A stretch of 64,000 nt of DNA from Octopus vulgaris (taxonomy: Eukaryota), in contig OX597817.1 in assembly GCA_951406725.2 (NCBI GenBank), forward strand, positions 14,694,001 through 14,758,000, in the 5' to 3' direction. The notes below the pieces were generated by a model. It was not told where the DNA came from, did not search any database, and was given only the letters and a program-made list of their open reading frames with translations. How positions within the stretch are numbered: the first letter of the stretch is position 1; each line of letters starts with the position of its first letter. This document shows positions 51,509 to 64,000 of this stretch, one piece after another. The position numbers and the translations under genes are program-made.

Positions 51509-52084
51509 TTATAGTCTTTTAGGCAAGTGTCTTGTATTACAGTCCCTTCTAGTGTAGTCTCTGGTCAACCAAAGCCTTGTGAATGGATTTAGTAAATGGA
51601 GACTGAAAGAATCTCATCATTTGTGTGTGTGTGTGTGTGTGTTCCCCACTACCACTTGACAACTGCTGTTGGTCTATTTACATCCCTGTAACTTAGCAGT
51701 TCAGCACACAAAAAAAAAAAAAAACAATAAGGACCAGGCTTAAAAAGAAGTACTAGGGTCAATTTGTTTGACTAAACCCTTCAAGTTTGTACCCCAGTAT
51801 AGTTGCAGTCTAATGACTGAAACAAGAATTAGATAAAGATATATTAAGAACAAACAAACATTTTATAGCTGCCAACCACTTTATGAAGAAAATTGATAAA
51901 GAAGATCCAAATGTTTTATTTTGGAAAATAGATTTAAAAAATAGATTAAAAAAATAGATTTAAAAAATAGATTTAAAAAAATCAAAAATAGATTTTAAAA
52001 ATTAAAAATTAAAATTAAAAAATTAAAAATACATTAAAAAAAGTTTAATGTTGTAAAGTAGAAAATATAAAAAGTAAAACTTAC

Positions 52085-52170
52085 TGAATTAAAAGAACAC
52101 AAAACACCAGCAGCATACACAGGAACAATACAAGTTGTTAAGGCTGTTTGCCCTATTGTCACACGGTTAT
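52085..52170 (-). CDS. RELCH: RELCH-like exon (86 nt)
   Basis: ctttttccctag acceptor, gtaagt donor; (D)NRVTIGQTALTTCIVPVYAAGVLCSFNS (cf. RELCH TVPIYATGVL). Confidence 0.9.
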
Positions 52171-52429
52171 CTAGGGAAAAAGAGCACAGGAGAAAATTAA
52201 TGCTATTCTTAAAAGAACCAAGATGTCATTAATACATCTGATAAAAGTTTTAATAATGTCTCTTTTAGCAATAATATCATCACCATTTAATGTCCATTGT
52301 CCATGCTAGCATGGGCTGGATGACGTGACTAGAGCTGGCAGCCAGAGATCTACACCAGACTACAGTCTGATTTGGCATGGTTTCTACAGCTGGATGCCCT
52401 CCCTTACACCGACCACTTAACAGTGTGCT

Positions 52430-53800
52430 GGATGCTTTTACGTGGCACTGCACAGGCACTTTTACATGGCACTGCACAGGCACTTTTAAATGGCATCATA
52501 GATGCTTTTACATGACACCACACAGGCACTTTTGGTGTGTCACCACAAAGGAACTTTTGCATGTCACCGCACAGGTGCTTTCACATGTCACCGCACAGGT
52601 GCTTTCGCATGTCACCGCACAAGTGCTTTCGCATGTCACCGCACATGTGCTTTCGCATGTCACCGCACGGGTGCTTTCGCATGTCACCACACAGGTGCTT
52701 TCACATGTCACTGCACAGGTGCTTTCGCACGTCACCGCACAGATGCTTTCGCATGTCACTGCACAGGTGCTTTCGCATGCCACCGCACGGGTGCTTTCGC
52801 ATGCCACCGCACGGGTGCTTTCGCATGCCACCGCACAGGTGCTTTCGCATGTCACCGCACAGGTGCTTTCGCATGTCACCGCACAGGTGCTTTCGCATGT
52901 CACTGCACAGGTGCTTTTGCATGTCACCACACAGGTGCTTTCACATGTCACTGCACAGGTGCTTTTGCATGTCACCACACAGGTGCTTTCACATGTCACT
53001 GCACAGGTGCTTTCGCATGTCACCACACAGGTGCTTTCACATGTCACTGCACAGGTGCTTTCGCATGTCACCGCACAGATGCTTTCGCATGTCACTGCAC
53101 AGGTGCTTTCGCATGTCACTGCACAGGTGCTTTCGCATGCCACCGCACGGGTGCTTTCGCATGCCACCGCACGGGTGCTTTCGCATGTCACCGCACAGGT
53201 GCTTTCGCATGTCACCGCACAGGTGCTTTCGCATGTCACCGCACAGGTGCTTTCGCATGTCACCGCACAGGTGCTTTTGCATGTCACTGCACAGGTGCTT
53301 TTGCATGTCACTGCACAGGTGCTTTTGCATGTCACCGCACAGGTGCTTTCGCATGTCACTGCACAGGTGCTTTCGCATATCACTGCACAGGTGCTTTCGC
53401 ATGTCACCGCACAGATGCTTTCGCATGTCACTGCACAGGTGCTTTTGCATGTCACTGCACAGGTGCTTTTGCATGTCACCGCACAGGTGCTTTCGCATGT
53501 CACTGCACAGGTGCTTTCGCATGTCACCGCACAGGTGCTTTCGCATGTCACCGCACAGATGCTTTCGCATGTCACCGCACAGGTGCTTTCGCATGTCACT
53601 GCACAGGTGCTTTTGCATGTCACAGCACAGGCGCTTTTGCATGTTGCCGCACAGGCACTTTTGTGTGTCACAGCACAGGTGCTTTTGTGTGTTGTCACAC
53701 TGGCGATTTTGCATGTTGTTGCACAGGCACTTTTACATGTTGCCACATGGACCCTTTTAAAAGTTGCTGGACGAGTGCTTTTATGTGGCACCGCTATTGG
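52430..53800. repeat. 24-bp minisatellite (GCATGTCACCGCACAGGTGCTTTC)n, roughly 55 units
   Basis: Direct tandem periodicity of 24; homogeneous centre, degenerate edges. Confidence 0.97.
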
Positions 53801-53957
53801 TGCTTTACACAACCAGAAGGCTCAGTCTTAACACTTCCGCTATAGGGTACAGTAGCATGCAGTTCTATGTTTTGTATATTTCTGGTGTTTCAGTTCCATG
53901 GAAGTCTTCCAGAAGCTTATATTTGGTTTCACTGTGTTTGTTTTCAAGTGACTAACA

Positions 53958-54107
53958 AAAATTGAAGGAGCAAAAAAAAAAAAAAAAAAAAAAGGAAAAT
54001 GACTGTTCCAAATTATTAAATTAGCATCACTATAATAATAGTGATGCTAATTTAATAATTTGGAACAGCCATTTTCCTTTTTTTTTTTTTTTTGCTCCTT
54101 CAATTTT
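53958..54107. repeat. About 150-bp near-perfect palindrome with polyA/polyT arms
   Basis: Centre ...GCATCACTAT-AATA-ATAGTGATGC... Confidence 0.92.
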
Positions 54108-56717
54108 CATCATTTGTCTTCAAAAATATAAATTGTTCACCAAGTATTTTTTTTTTCCTTTACTTGCTGAAGGTAGAAGATAACCTTTGTAGGTTTTCCA
54201 TGACTGGTGAGCTTGATGTTGTTAATGTTCTATTTAAACTGCTGCAGATCAACATTTGAAGGAAAGACATGAGCAGGGAGAAGATTCCAGAAGGTTGAAG
54301 TTCTAGACAAAAAGTACTAGATATGGTAGTTAACCCTTTAGTGTTCAGATTCTTTTCTTCTCTAGACACAAGGCCCGAAATGTTGGGTAAGAGGCCAGTC
54401 GATTAGATTGACACCAGTACGCAGCTGGTACTTAATTTATCGAACCCGAAAGGATGAAAGGCAAAGTCAACCTCGGCGGAATTTGAACTCAGAACGTAAA
54501 GACAGACAAAATATCGCTAAGCATTTCACCCGGCATGCTGACGTTTCTGCCAGCTTGCCACCTTCAGTGTTCAGATTACTTTTTTAAATGTAATAATTTT
54601 TCACTCAAATTGTTTTTAATTAATCATACATTATCTTACAGCTTGGAGGTTTCAATGATTGTTTATTTGAATATAAGACATGTAGAATATTTAGGCCAGA
54701 TATAGCCGGTATAAACACTAGTTAATGTTGGGGTCAGGTTATTAGCTATAGTGGAGTGGGCCAGGAGTAACTGAGAGGTGGAGGTATGAGACCAGCGAGC
54801 TTAAGAAACAATGGTCCAGGGATTAGAGCATGTCTGCTAGTGATTGAATGCCAGCCAGCTGAGAGACCCTCCTCTGAATACAATCTAGGATGTCTGTCTG
54901 CAGAACAGTAACACTGTCCCAGATGTGAGACTACACCCCCTTTTGTCAGTGCCACTTGAGCCTTATAGAATGAGTGTTGTTGAATGCGCAGCTAGTATAG
55001 AAACAAAGAATTATGGTGACATTATTCTTTCAGTGAGTTAAGTTAATGACCTCGTTACAGTTTATGATTGAAGCAATTTTGCTTCTCTTAAGTCACTAAT
55101 GTGTTCAGATAAAACAGTCACTACTTCTTTCGCCTCTCAAAACCTCTCAGCATGCTTGATCTTTTCTTAATTATTAATATTTATTCTTCTCATTCACACT
55201 GCACTAATTTGATATGCATATAATCAGGGACTTGTCACATACAGTAGAATGTTTTTGCTTGTAAAACTTCAAGTAAATTTTCAATTTACAAATTCAGCTT
55301 TTAAATTAGTTTCAAGTAAAAACAATTCCTTAAAATCCTTAAATCCGTAAAAATGTTTTAGCCCGAAGGCCACGGCCATGCTGGGGCACCACTGCTGAAA
55401 TTGTGTAATTTTCCAATGAAAAATTTTGTCTAATTCTATAAGGACATATTTACTCTGAACTGAAGATTTCAGTTTGTATTCAAAATTAATCACATAAAAG
55501 GCACCAGTGTTGGTGCCACATATAGAGCACTGCAATAGCAGTGGTGCTAATGGTACACAAAAAGCATCCAGTATACTTTGAAAAGTGGTTGGTGTTAGGA
55601 AGGTCATCCAGCTATAGAAACCATGCCAAAACAGCTGGTTGGCTCCTGGCAAACCAACCAACCTATGCCAACATGGAAAATGGAAATTAAATGATGATAA
55701 TAAAAAAACAAGGTCTCATATTCATCTCATATTCACAGGAGACAGATTATAAGGCTGCATAACATTTATAGCACCCTTTTTCAAGATAATTAGCACTTAA
55801 TGTGAAGTAAAATGTCTGCAACCAAAAATTGAAGCCAGAACATGAAATGAAAATAAATGTTTAATGTTTAATATAGAATTTATAATAGTAACAACAGCAG
55901 TTGAGAGTCAATTAATGTGGTTATTTAATCTTCTAGGAATAACAACCAAAACTCTCCCTCAAGCCACATCCTATCATCTTAAAAGAGGACTGATTAGATA
56001 ATGTATTAGATACACTATGCAGGAAAAAAGAAGGGATGGTCATGGCAGGAAATCCAATCATATGCTTGATTAGTGCTGAGTAAGAGCTAAACTGTAATAT
56101 ATTTATTAGTAAACAGCAGCAGCAGTAGGAGCAGTGCCAATTTCTGAGATCTAAATTACTGAAATCTTCCCGACCAAACAAATCTGAAATATTTTGCTCA
56201 GTTCTTGTAATAGACGAAAAGAAAAAACTTGTCTTTCACAAAGAGAAGAAAAAATTGTTGAAACTTTAAATACATAAAAAATTTTACTAAGAAATACCTA
56301 AGTTACAACTGATTAAGAATAATGAACAAGAGTTTTGTAGACGACAAAAAAAAAATTATTATATCAAAGAGAGATAATTCATGAATACTATTTTGTAACA
56401 CGCAGCAAAAACGTGTTAGTATAAAGGGAAATGGCAATATAAATTATTTCGAAAAATATATACCCTTCTATAGGCGACAGAAACTATTTTATAAGATTAA
56501 TATGAGAGAAAATTCTTATAAATTAAATAGAAAAATTAAAGACATTTATTCAAAGTCAAATGTTATATTAAAAGGAATGGTAGAAATAAGCGTTGGATGG
56601 GGGAGGAGGAAGGCACAATTATTTCAGGGGAGACTACTCTAGCTTGCCTTGCACCCAAGTTAGATATCGATGCCGTCCGCTAAGACATTAGTAGCGTAAG
56701 TGAGAGCTTTTAATACT

Positions 56718-56947
56718 TATTTCTTTACTACCCCTAAGGGGCTAAACACAGAGGGGACAAACAAGGACAGACAAACGGATTAAGTCGATTATATCGACCC
56801 CAGTGCGTAACTGGTACTTAATTTATCGACCCCAAAAGGATGAAAGGCAAAGTCGACCTCGGCGGAATTTGAACTCAGAACGTAACAGCAGACGAAATAC
56901 GGCTACGCATTTCGCCCGGCGTGCTACCGTTTCTGCCAGCTCGCCGC
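56718..56947 (-). mobile_element. SINE family B, young copy with 11-bp TSD
   Basis: CTTTTAATACT at 56707-56717 and 56948-56958. Other copies at about 34840-35050 and 54355-54564 (minus, the latter with AGTGTTCAGATT TSD) and 48845-49048 (plus). Confidence 0.87.
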
Positions 56948-57552
56948 CTTTTAATACTGCTTGTATATAATATTCAATGCAGTTAGGCTGACCACAACTC
57001 AGTGGCCTCTACCCACAAACAACCCCTAACAAAATCCTGCTGTTAAGAGTTAGATATATTGAGACAGAATCCTTAACATACACATGCAATATGTGTAACA
57101 CGGTAAACAAAAATGTCAAATACATTTTTCCATTTCTGAACACATCCTCATAAGATACGTCCTATTCAAGCTAGATATCTACCAGATGACGAGGAATGCC
57201 TCCTAGATGAGTTGAACTCCAACACATCTGCTGTCACACAAGGCCCGTAATCTGGATACAATAAGAACACAACCTGAAATAATTATGATTCTATGGTTTG
57301 GAACTGAGGGGCTCGAGAAGTTGCCATTTCTCATTCTTTTTTCCTAGGTCCACAGAGAATAATAATAATGATAATATATATATATGTAATGATATATACA
57401 TATATATACAGTCACGGAGTGGTTGGCGTTAGGAAGGGCCAAATCAGACTAGAGCCTGGTGCAGCCTCCATGGCTTACCAGACCCCGGTCGAATCGTCCA
57501 ACCCATGCTAGCATGGAAAACGGACGTTAAACGATGATGATGATGTTGACAT

Positions 57553-57850
57553 ATCACCGTGACCACCGTGACCGACCAGGCTATCAGATGTTGCTTCACA
57601 TCGCTGGTCACAATGCGCTTCGCATTGTTTTAGCCTTCATATGACCCTACCCTGCTGGCTAAGCAAGCAAGCCAACAGAAGAAAGAGTGAGAGAAAGTTG
57701 TGGCGAAAGAGTACAGCAGGGATCACCACTATCCCCTGCCGGGGCCTCGTGGAGCTTTTAGGTATTTTCACTCAAAAAACACTCACAACACCCAGTCTGA
57801 GAATCGAAACTGCAAGTCCACTGCCCTAACCAGTGGGCCATTGTGGCTCC
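57553..57850 (-). mobile_element. SINE family C, tail type 1
   Basis: Reverse complement of 9421-9730, diverged. Confidence 0.8.
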
Positions 57851-57857
57851 ACAAACA

Positions 57858-57958
<101 letters not shown>

Positions 57959-58874
57959 TTCCATTAGTCATGGCTGACCATGTAGCTTCACATGTATGCA
58001 CAAGCCTGGGCAAGATTTTTTTTAATAAGCCTGGCTTTTTCTCCATACATGAAAATCTCCCCACTCCATGTCACCAATGTTTATCCTACAGAATGACTAC
58101 TGATTTAGGCCAATACAACTATGGCATTGCAACAGTGGCTGTCAGGAGGTAAAGAACTACACAGATACTGCATGACATTTTGTCCTGACTCTCTGACAAT
58201 TCCACCAATCTGCTACTAGGGATTTATACTTTTTATTGACCTGAAGGGATGAAAGGCAAAGTTGAACATAGCATTGCCGTATTTACTATTAACAGCTAGA
58301 TAAGCTTGACTATTTGAAATACACACACACACACACACACACTAAAATATTTACATCCAAAAATTCACTTGACGGCTCTGAAGCAAGCAGCATACTATTA
58401 ATAAAAAAAAAAAGAACTGTTAATCAAGAGATAAAGAGAGAAGAGAGGGTTGATGGACAAGAACTGTGTTCATGATTTGTTATTTAAGACTGAAATACAA
58501 CTCAGTTTCTCTTATTAAGATAAATGCATCAACTCTATGAAGTCAATTATAATATTAAAAAAGGCATCGACATCTCAACAAAGAGTTTTGCATTTCTTGT
58601 TTTTATTTATTATATGAATAATCAAGCCAGCAAGAGAGCTTTTAAAGGTCACTCAAACTGCAAGAAACAGCAGTCAAATTTCCCTTTAATTTACTCCCCA
58701 CTGTCTTAACAAAAAAATGGAAACAGGATATTGCAGTCCTAGATACACTATGCCTTAAAATAAGATGAGAGGAACATGGCTAGAATACCTTTGATGATAG
58801 ATCTGCTTCTTCAGGCCTGACGTGGGGTTGAAAAAAACCCAATATAAATGGTAATATATTTATAGCCAACTTAC

Positions 58875-58920
58875 CTACCCCTTCAGGTATAACTAAGAGA
58901 TCTTGAAATTTAGGTTTCAC
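58875..58920 (-). CDS. RELCH: RELCH-like exon (46 nt)
   Basis: tttttttgcag acceptor, gtaagt donor; VKPKFQDLLVIPEGV + 1 nt (cf. RELCH VKPQFQEIL); phases fit both neighbours. Confidence 0.88.
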
Positions 58921-59029
58921 CTGCAAAAAAAGTGTTAATGTTTCAACAATTCTGAATTAGGTTTATTGTTAAAGGACATTTTCATTTCTCAGCAAGAAAA
59001 TATTCATACAAAAAAAGTAAAAGAAAATA

Positions 59030-59640
59030 CAAAAGCGGCTTTATATAGCTATGGTAAGACCTCACCTGGAATTTGCACCACCGGTCTGGAACCCCTATCT
59101 TTCCCAGGATATCAATCGTCTGGAAGCCGTTCAGCAACCAAAAGAATACCCTCCATCAGGCATTTGCCATATTCTGAACGCCTTATTTCCCTGGGCATGG
59201 ACACATTGAAACTCCGACGTCTGGCAGCTGACTTGGCAGACACCCATAAAATTATCAACCATCGTACAGACAACAACTCTGAGCACCTTTTCAAACTCCA
59301 CCCATCTAACACCCGTGGACATATTTACAAAGTCAGAATACAGCACAGCTCCCATGACTTCAGGAAACATTTTTTCACGCTGAGAGTTGCTGAAGCATGG
59401 CACAAACTGCCGGCATCAGTTGTTAGTTGTCGGAGCACTGCATCCTTCAAAACTTCCATGCTTCCTGAGATTCGCCAACACTACACTTGATTTTCTCCCC
59501 TCCTTACACACACAAGCATGTATCTGACTCATGTATTGTTCGCTTTCCAGACATTTGTACATTACTGCATATACTTTATATGCACTTTCTGACAAGTTGT
59601 GGTGCACCTGAGCACTGTATACAATAATATCATTATTATA
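59030..59640 (+). mobile_element. CR1-type LINE 3' fragment
   Basis: ATKRIPSIRHLPYSERL..TRGHIYKV..RKHFFTLRVAEAWHKLP; UTR shared with 45345 and 62670 copies. Confidence 0.87.
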
Positions 59641-61391
59641 ATGTTATGTTCTTTTACAAACAGTGCTATTTGTATAATTTCTGAAAAAATATTCGATGTT
59701 TTTTTTTAAGGGGTTTGTTCTGGGCTTTCTTTCTTTCACTGTCGTAAAATGAAAGATAGAAGATAAAGCTCATGGTTTTTAGCAATATCCCAAAAGTGAA
59801 GATGTGAACAAGCAGACAACAAACTTCTACATTACTCATAAAATAGAAGACAGCCTGGTTGATAAGAAAAGTTAGAAAACAATAATCTCTACTACTACCA
59901 CTACTACACACACATACATACACATCATCATCATCATCGTCGTTTAACGTCCGCTTTCCATGCTAGCATGGGTTGGACGATTTTGACTGAGGGCTGGCGA
60001 ACCAGATGGCTGCACCAGGCTCCAATCTTGATCTGGTAGAGTTTCTACAGCTTGATGCCCTTCCTAATGCCAACCACTCCGAGAGTGTAGTGGATGCTTT
60101 TTACGTGCCACCGGCATGGGGGAACAGTCAGGCAGTACTGGCAATGACCTCACTCGAATCTTTTTACACATGCCACCAGCGCAGGTGTCAGTAAGGCAAC
60201 GTTGGTAACGATCATGCTCAAAAGGTGCCACCTGCATGGAAGCCAGTTGGCTGCTCTGGCAACGATCACGCTCGGATGGTGCTCTTGGCACCCTACTAGC
60301 ACAGGCACAAGTGCCAGTAAGGCGATGCTGGTAACGATCACACTCAAATGGTGCCTTTTATATGCCACTGGCACAGAAGCTGGTTAGCCGCTCCATCGAA
60401 GATCACACTCGTATGGTGCTCTTTGCACCCCGCTAGCATGGATGCCAATCATCGAATTTGATTTTGATTTTGATTACATACATGCACGTAGTTATATGTT
60501 TATAAATAAACTTCATTTGTCAACAAGAGACATATAAAATATTTGTTATCTTGAAAGGGTCAGTCATCTGGCAAGCTAAGACTTAAAGATAACAGAAATT
60601 ATCACTGAGAAAAGAAACATGGTTAGTTAATAAGTCTTAACTCAAGCAGAAGTTAAACTTTGAGAAAATTTTTTAAAATGCAGAACTGGTTGAAAAGATT
60701 ACTGTCACAGAAAGACAAAAAAACCATGATTAAAAGAAAGCTTTGACATGGAGGCAAATAAAATGTTATGATTTCTTGGCTTGTGATTCAACTGTAAATA
60801 TGAACATCAATTCTGATTTCAAGCATCACTCAGTAGAAGAATTACTGGAACTTATTTGTTACTGTTGCATAAGGCACAGGCATGGCTGTGTGGTTAAGAA
60901 GCTTGCATCACAACTATGTGGTCTCAGGTTCAATCCCACTGCATGGCACCCAAATATCGATAATCATATCACTATTGGCTCCATCAATTTTTTTCTAATT
61001 TTTCTCTATTACTGCTGGCAACACCACCACTGCCATCATCATCATGATTGTTATTGGTTTACCATCTGGGAGACTCAAAACTGATGGGTAATTCAGCAGT
61101 TCCTTCTATCTCATATCCTTTAGATTCTGGTACAATATGGTTTTTGAGCAAGATATATATTTATTTCTTAGCTGATATAAAGCAGTAAGGCTAATATGAC
61201 TTTATTTTTTAAATAATTGTAAATTATTGCTTTAATATCGTACTTTCAACAGTACTTGAATTTATGAGAAATCAATGCAAAGGAAGTAATATAACAATAT
61301 ACCTTTCAAATATTCAAAATCATTAAGGAAGAAAATACTACTGAAATCTTAAAATAAAGACAGTATATGAATAATCTAATATGTTCCATAC

Positions 61392-61515
61392 CATTTTATC
61401 TACAAAAGTTCTGCCAAATGTCCGACATATTCTGTAAAAGTATTTGGAAAGTATACTGATTAAGACTGGAATGGTTAATCCAACACCTGAAACAACTTCT
61501 TGAAGTCGAGGTATT
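61392..61515 (-). CDS. RELCH: RELCH/KIAA1468-like (RAB11-binding LisH/coiled-coil/HEAT protein), first internal exon seen in window
   Basis: Pyrimidine tract + ttcag acceptor, gtatgg donor; 124 nt (1 nt + 41 codons) IPRLQEVVSGVGLTIPVLISILSKYFYRICRTFGRTFVDKM, resembling vertebrate RELCH 'FFWRLCRTFGKIFT' as I recall it. Confidence 0.88.
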
Positions 61516-61871
61516 CTGAAGAAAATATAAAAAGACAAAGATTTAGTGTTTGAAATCACAATAAGAACTTAGATGATTCAGTAAAATATTATATATTAAC
61601 AGCGGAGTTAAATTCTTCATTAGGGAAATAAATTTTGTGTTTCTTTAAGCTGATGAAAGTTTTGACAGCCAGTTGAAGAAGGCCGGCATGAAGCAAATAC
61701 TATCTGGTATTATTACACTGCAGGTTATTATGTTGTATCAATATATTATACTGAATACAAATATATAAATATCTAATATCACAAAATTTAAAGACACATG
61801 GCCAAGCGGTTAAGGTGTTTAGCTCATGGACATATGATCCCAATTCAACTCTCATACCAGGAAGCATGGAT

Positions 61872-62254
61872 GGAAGCACTCCGTCGGTTACGACGACGAG
61901 GGTTCTGGTTGATCCGAATCAACGGAACAGCCTGCTCGTGAAATTAACGTGTAAGTGGCTGAGCACTCCACAGACACATGTACCCTTAACGTAGTTCTCG
62001 GGGATATTCAGTGTGACACAGAGAGTGACAAGGCCGGCCCTTTGAAATACAGGTACAACAGAAACAGGAAGTAAGAGTGAGAGAAAGCCGTGGTGAAAGA
62101 GTACAGCAGGGATCACCACCATCCCCTGCCGGAGCCTTGTGGTGCTTTTAGGTGTTTTCGCTCAATAAACACTCACAACGCCCGGTCTGGGAATCGAAAC
62201 CGTGATCCTATGACCGCGAGTCCACTGCCCTAACCACTGGGCCATTACGCCTCC
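61872..62254 (-). mobile_element. SINE family C, tail type 2
   Basis: Highly similar to 10088-10468. Confidence 0.85.
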
Positions 62255-62669
62255 AACCAGGCAGCAAACTGTGTCCTTGAGCAAAGTACTTCATTTCACA
62301 CAACTCCAGTCTGCACAGCTGAAATGGGTACCAGTCAAGAGCAGCTCACTGTTCCTCCAGCAGTCATATCCAGGGTATTTCGATTAAGTCAAGGGTGAGG
62401 GGGCCAAGAGAGTGTACATGTCTATGTGTGACCACAAAGGCACCTAAAATACTTAGCAAAAGTATGGTACATGCTATCAAGTCATGCTCTCTTATGAATG
62501 ACGACTGTACTTTTACCACAAAATACCACCAACATGAAGTAGGGAAGCATTCAAAGACTAAAAAAAAAAATTCAACGTACAATGAAAGTAAACAACAAAG
62601 TTTGCTTTAGAAGCATTGAGATTTATTAGAAGCGTTGAGATACATCTCAACACTTCTCAATGCTTCAAT

Positions 62670-63056
62670 ACCATCGTACAAACAATAACTCTGAGCACCT
62701 TTTCAAACTCCACCCATCTAACACCCGTGGACATATTTACAAAGTCAGAAAACAGCACAGCTCCCATGACTTCAGGAAACATTTTTTCATGCTGAGAGTT
62801 GCTGAAGCATGGAACAAACTGCCGGCATCAGTTGTTAATTGTCGGAGCACTGCATCCTTCAAAACTTCTATGCTTCCTGAGATTCGCCAACACTACACCT
62901 GATTTTCTCCCCTCCATACACACACAAGCATGTATCTGACTCATGCATTGTTCGCTTTCCAGACATTTGTACATTACTGCATATACTCTATACGCACTTT
63001 CTGACAAGTTGTGGTGCACCTGAGCACTGTATACAATTATTTCATTATTATTATAT
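62670..63056 (+). mobile_element. CR1-type LINE 3' fragment
   Basis: Near-identical to 59260-59640. Confidence 0.87.
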
Positions 63057-64000
63057 TAATACATCTCAATGCTTCTAAAGCAAACTTTGTTTACTTTCAT
63101 AAGTTGAATTTAATGTTAGCATCTTATAAAGCTAGATTTATAAATCCTAAAATTGCAGAATAATTTGTCACTGGGCAGTTTAGCTTAAAGGTAAAGCACT
63201 TGATGCGTAACCACAGAGATGTGAGTTTGAGTCTCATGGCTGACTGCTGACAAATTTTTATGCAATATATCGATAGTTTATCCTGTTCATCCTATTGTAT
63301 TAGCATTATCCTGTGTTTGAGAATAAATTATTTCTGTATCTTTACAAAAAATGTTCTTTCAAGAACAATCATCATCATCTTTTATTTTCCAATTTTTCTA
63401 TGCTAGTATGGGTTAAATGCAATTTGTTAAAGCAGATTTTTACAGCTTGATGCTCTTACTGTTGCCAACCCCCAGTTCTTTTTCAAGCAAGGTATATTTC
63501 ATCTCACCAGTTTACACAAATCCACTGAACATTTGTTTATCGGCTACTGTAAACAATGTCACCATCTTTTACTCAGCTGTTAATATGGTTACAGAGAATC
63601 ACCAGTCACATGCAAACACACAAACACACATAAAATAAGCATAGACATGGTTGTGAGGGTAACATGCTTGCTTCCTAACCATATGGTCTTGTGTTTAGTC
63701 CCACCGTGCAGCATCTTGAGCAAGTGTCATCTACTAAGGCCTTGGACTGAGCAAAGCTTCATGGGTGGATTTGGTAGAAAGAAACTGAAAGAAGTACATT
63801 GTAGAAATGTGGGTGGGTTCTAAAAAGTGTTGGTTATAAAGAAGCATCACTGTCATACAAGTGATGTTCGTTTCCAGTCTTCCATGGAAAACACATTCGG
63901 ACATGGGAAAATATATCCTTACTTGGAAACAGGTGATGGCTGGTGACAAGAGCACCCAGCAACAGAAAATCTGCCTCAATAAATTCCATCTAATCTAAGC

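Noticed and set aside
52377-53845. Four 400-480 aa ORFs on both strands, and a possible CRISPR-like array
   Set aside because: A 24-bp unit divisible by 3 with no stops in most frames produces these ORFs; there are no unique spacers, no cas genes, and the context is a eukaryotic intron.
54160-54250. Possible extra exon (ctgcag...gtaaag) on minus strand
   Set aside because: No RELCH similarity; exons 58875 and 52170 already join in frame without a gap.

Overview
AT-rich, microsatellite- and retroposon-dense eukaryotic DNA. The repeat repertoire suggests an octopus or other coleoid cephalopod (inference from memory, not a database result). The window is almost entirely intronic. Seven small GT-AG exons on the minus strand (61515 down to 3017, 610 nt, consistent phases) splice into a 203-aa stretch of the HEAT-repeat C-terminal half of a RELCH/KIAA1468 orthologue; both gene ends appear to lie outside the window. 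The introns hold a young 5'-truncated CR1-group LINE with an uninterrupted RT ORF, CR1 and RTE remnants, at least three tRNA-headed SINE families, Helitron, hAT and mariner-type non-autonomous elements, fold-back palindromes and a 24-bp minisatellite. Most notable: (1) a near-complete 5.8S rRNA fused exactly to the conserved 3' tail of that LINE, a candidate 5.8S-headed SINE or chimeric retrocopy; (2) several hammerhead ribozyme motifs in Penelope-like inverted-repeat elements, one canonical and on the pre-mRNA strand; (3) a tRNA-head plus hammerhead-tail element; (4) a covarying 3' stem-loop shared by the LINE and its likely parasites. Repeat boundaries were read by eye and are approximate to a few bases. 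Nearly all short ORFs in the supplied track are repeat artefacts.
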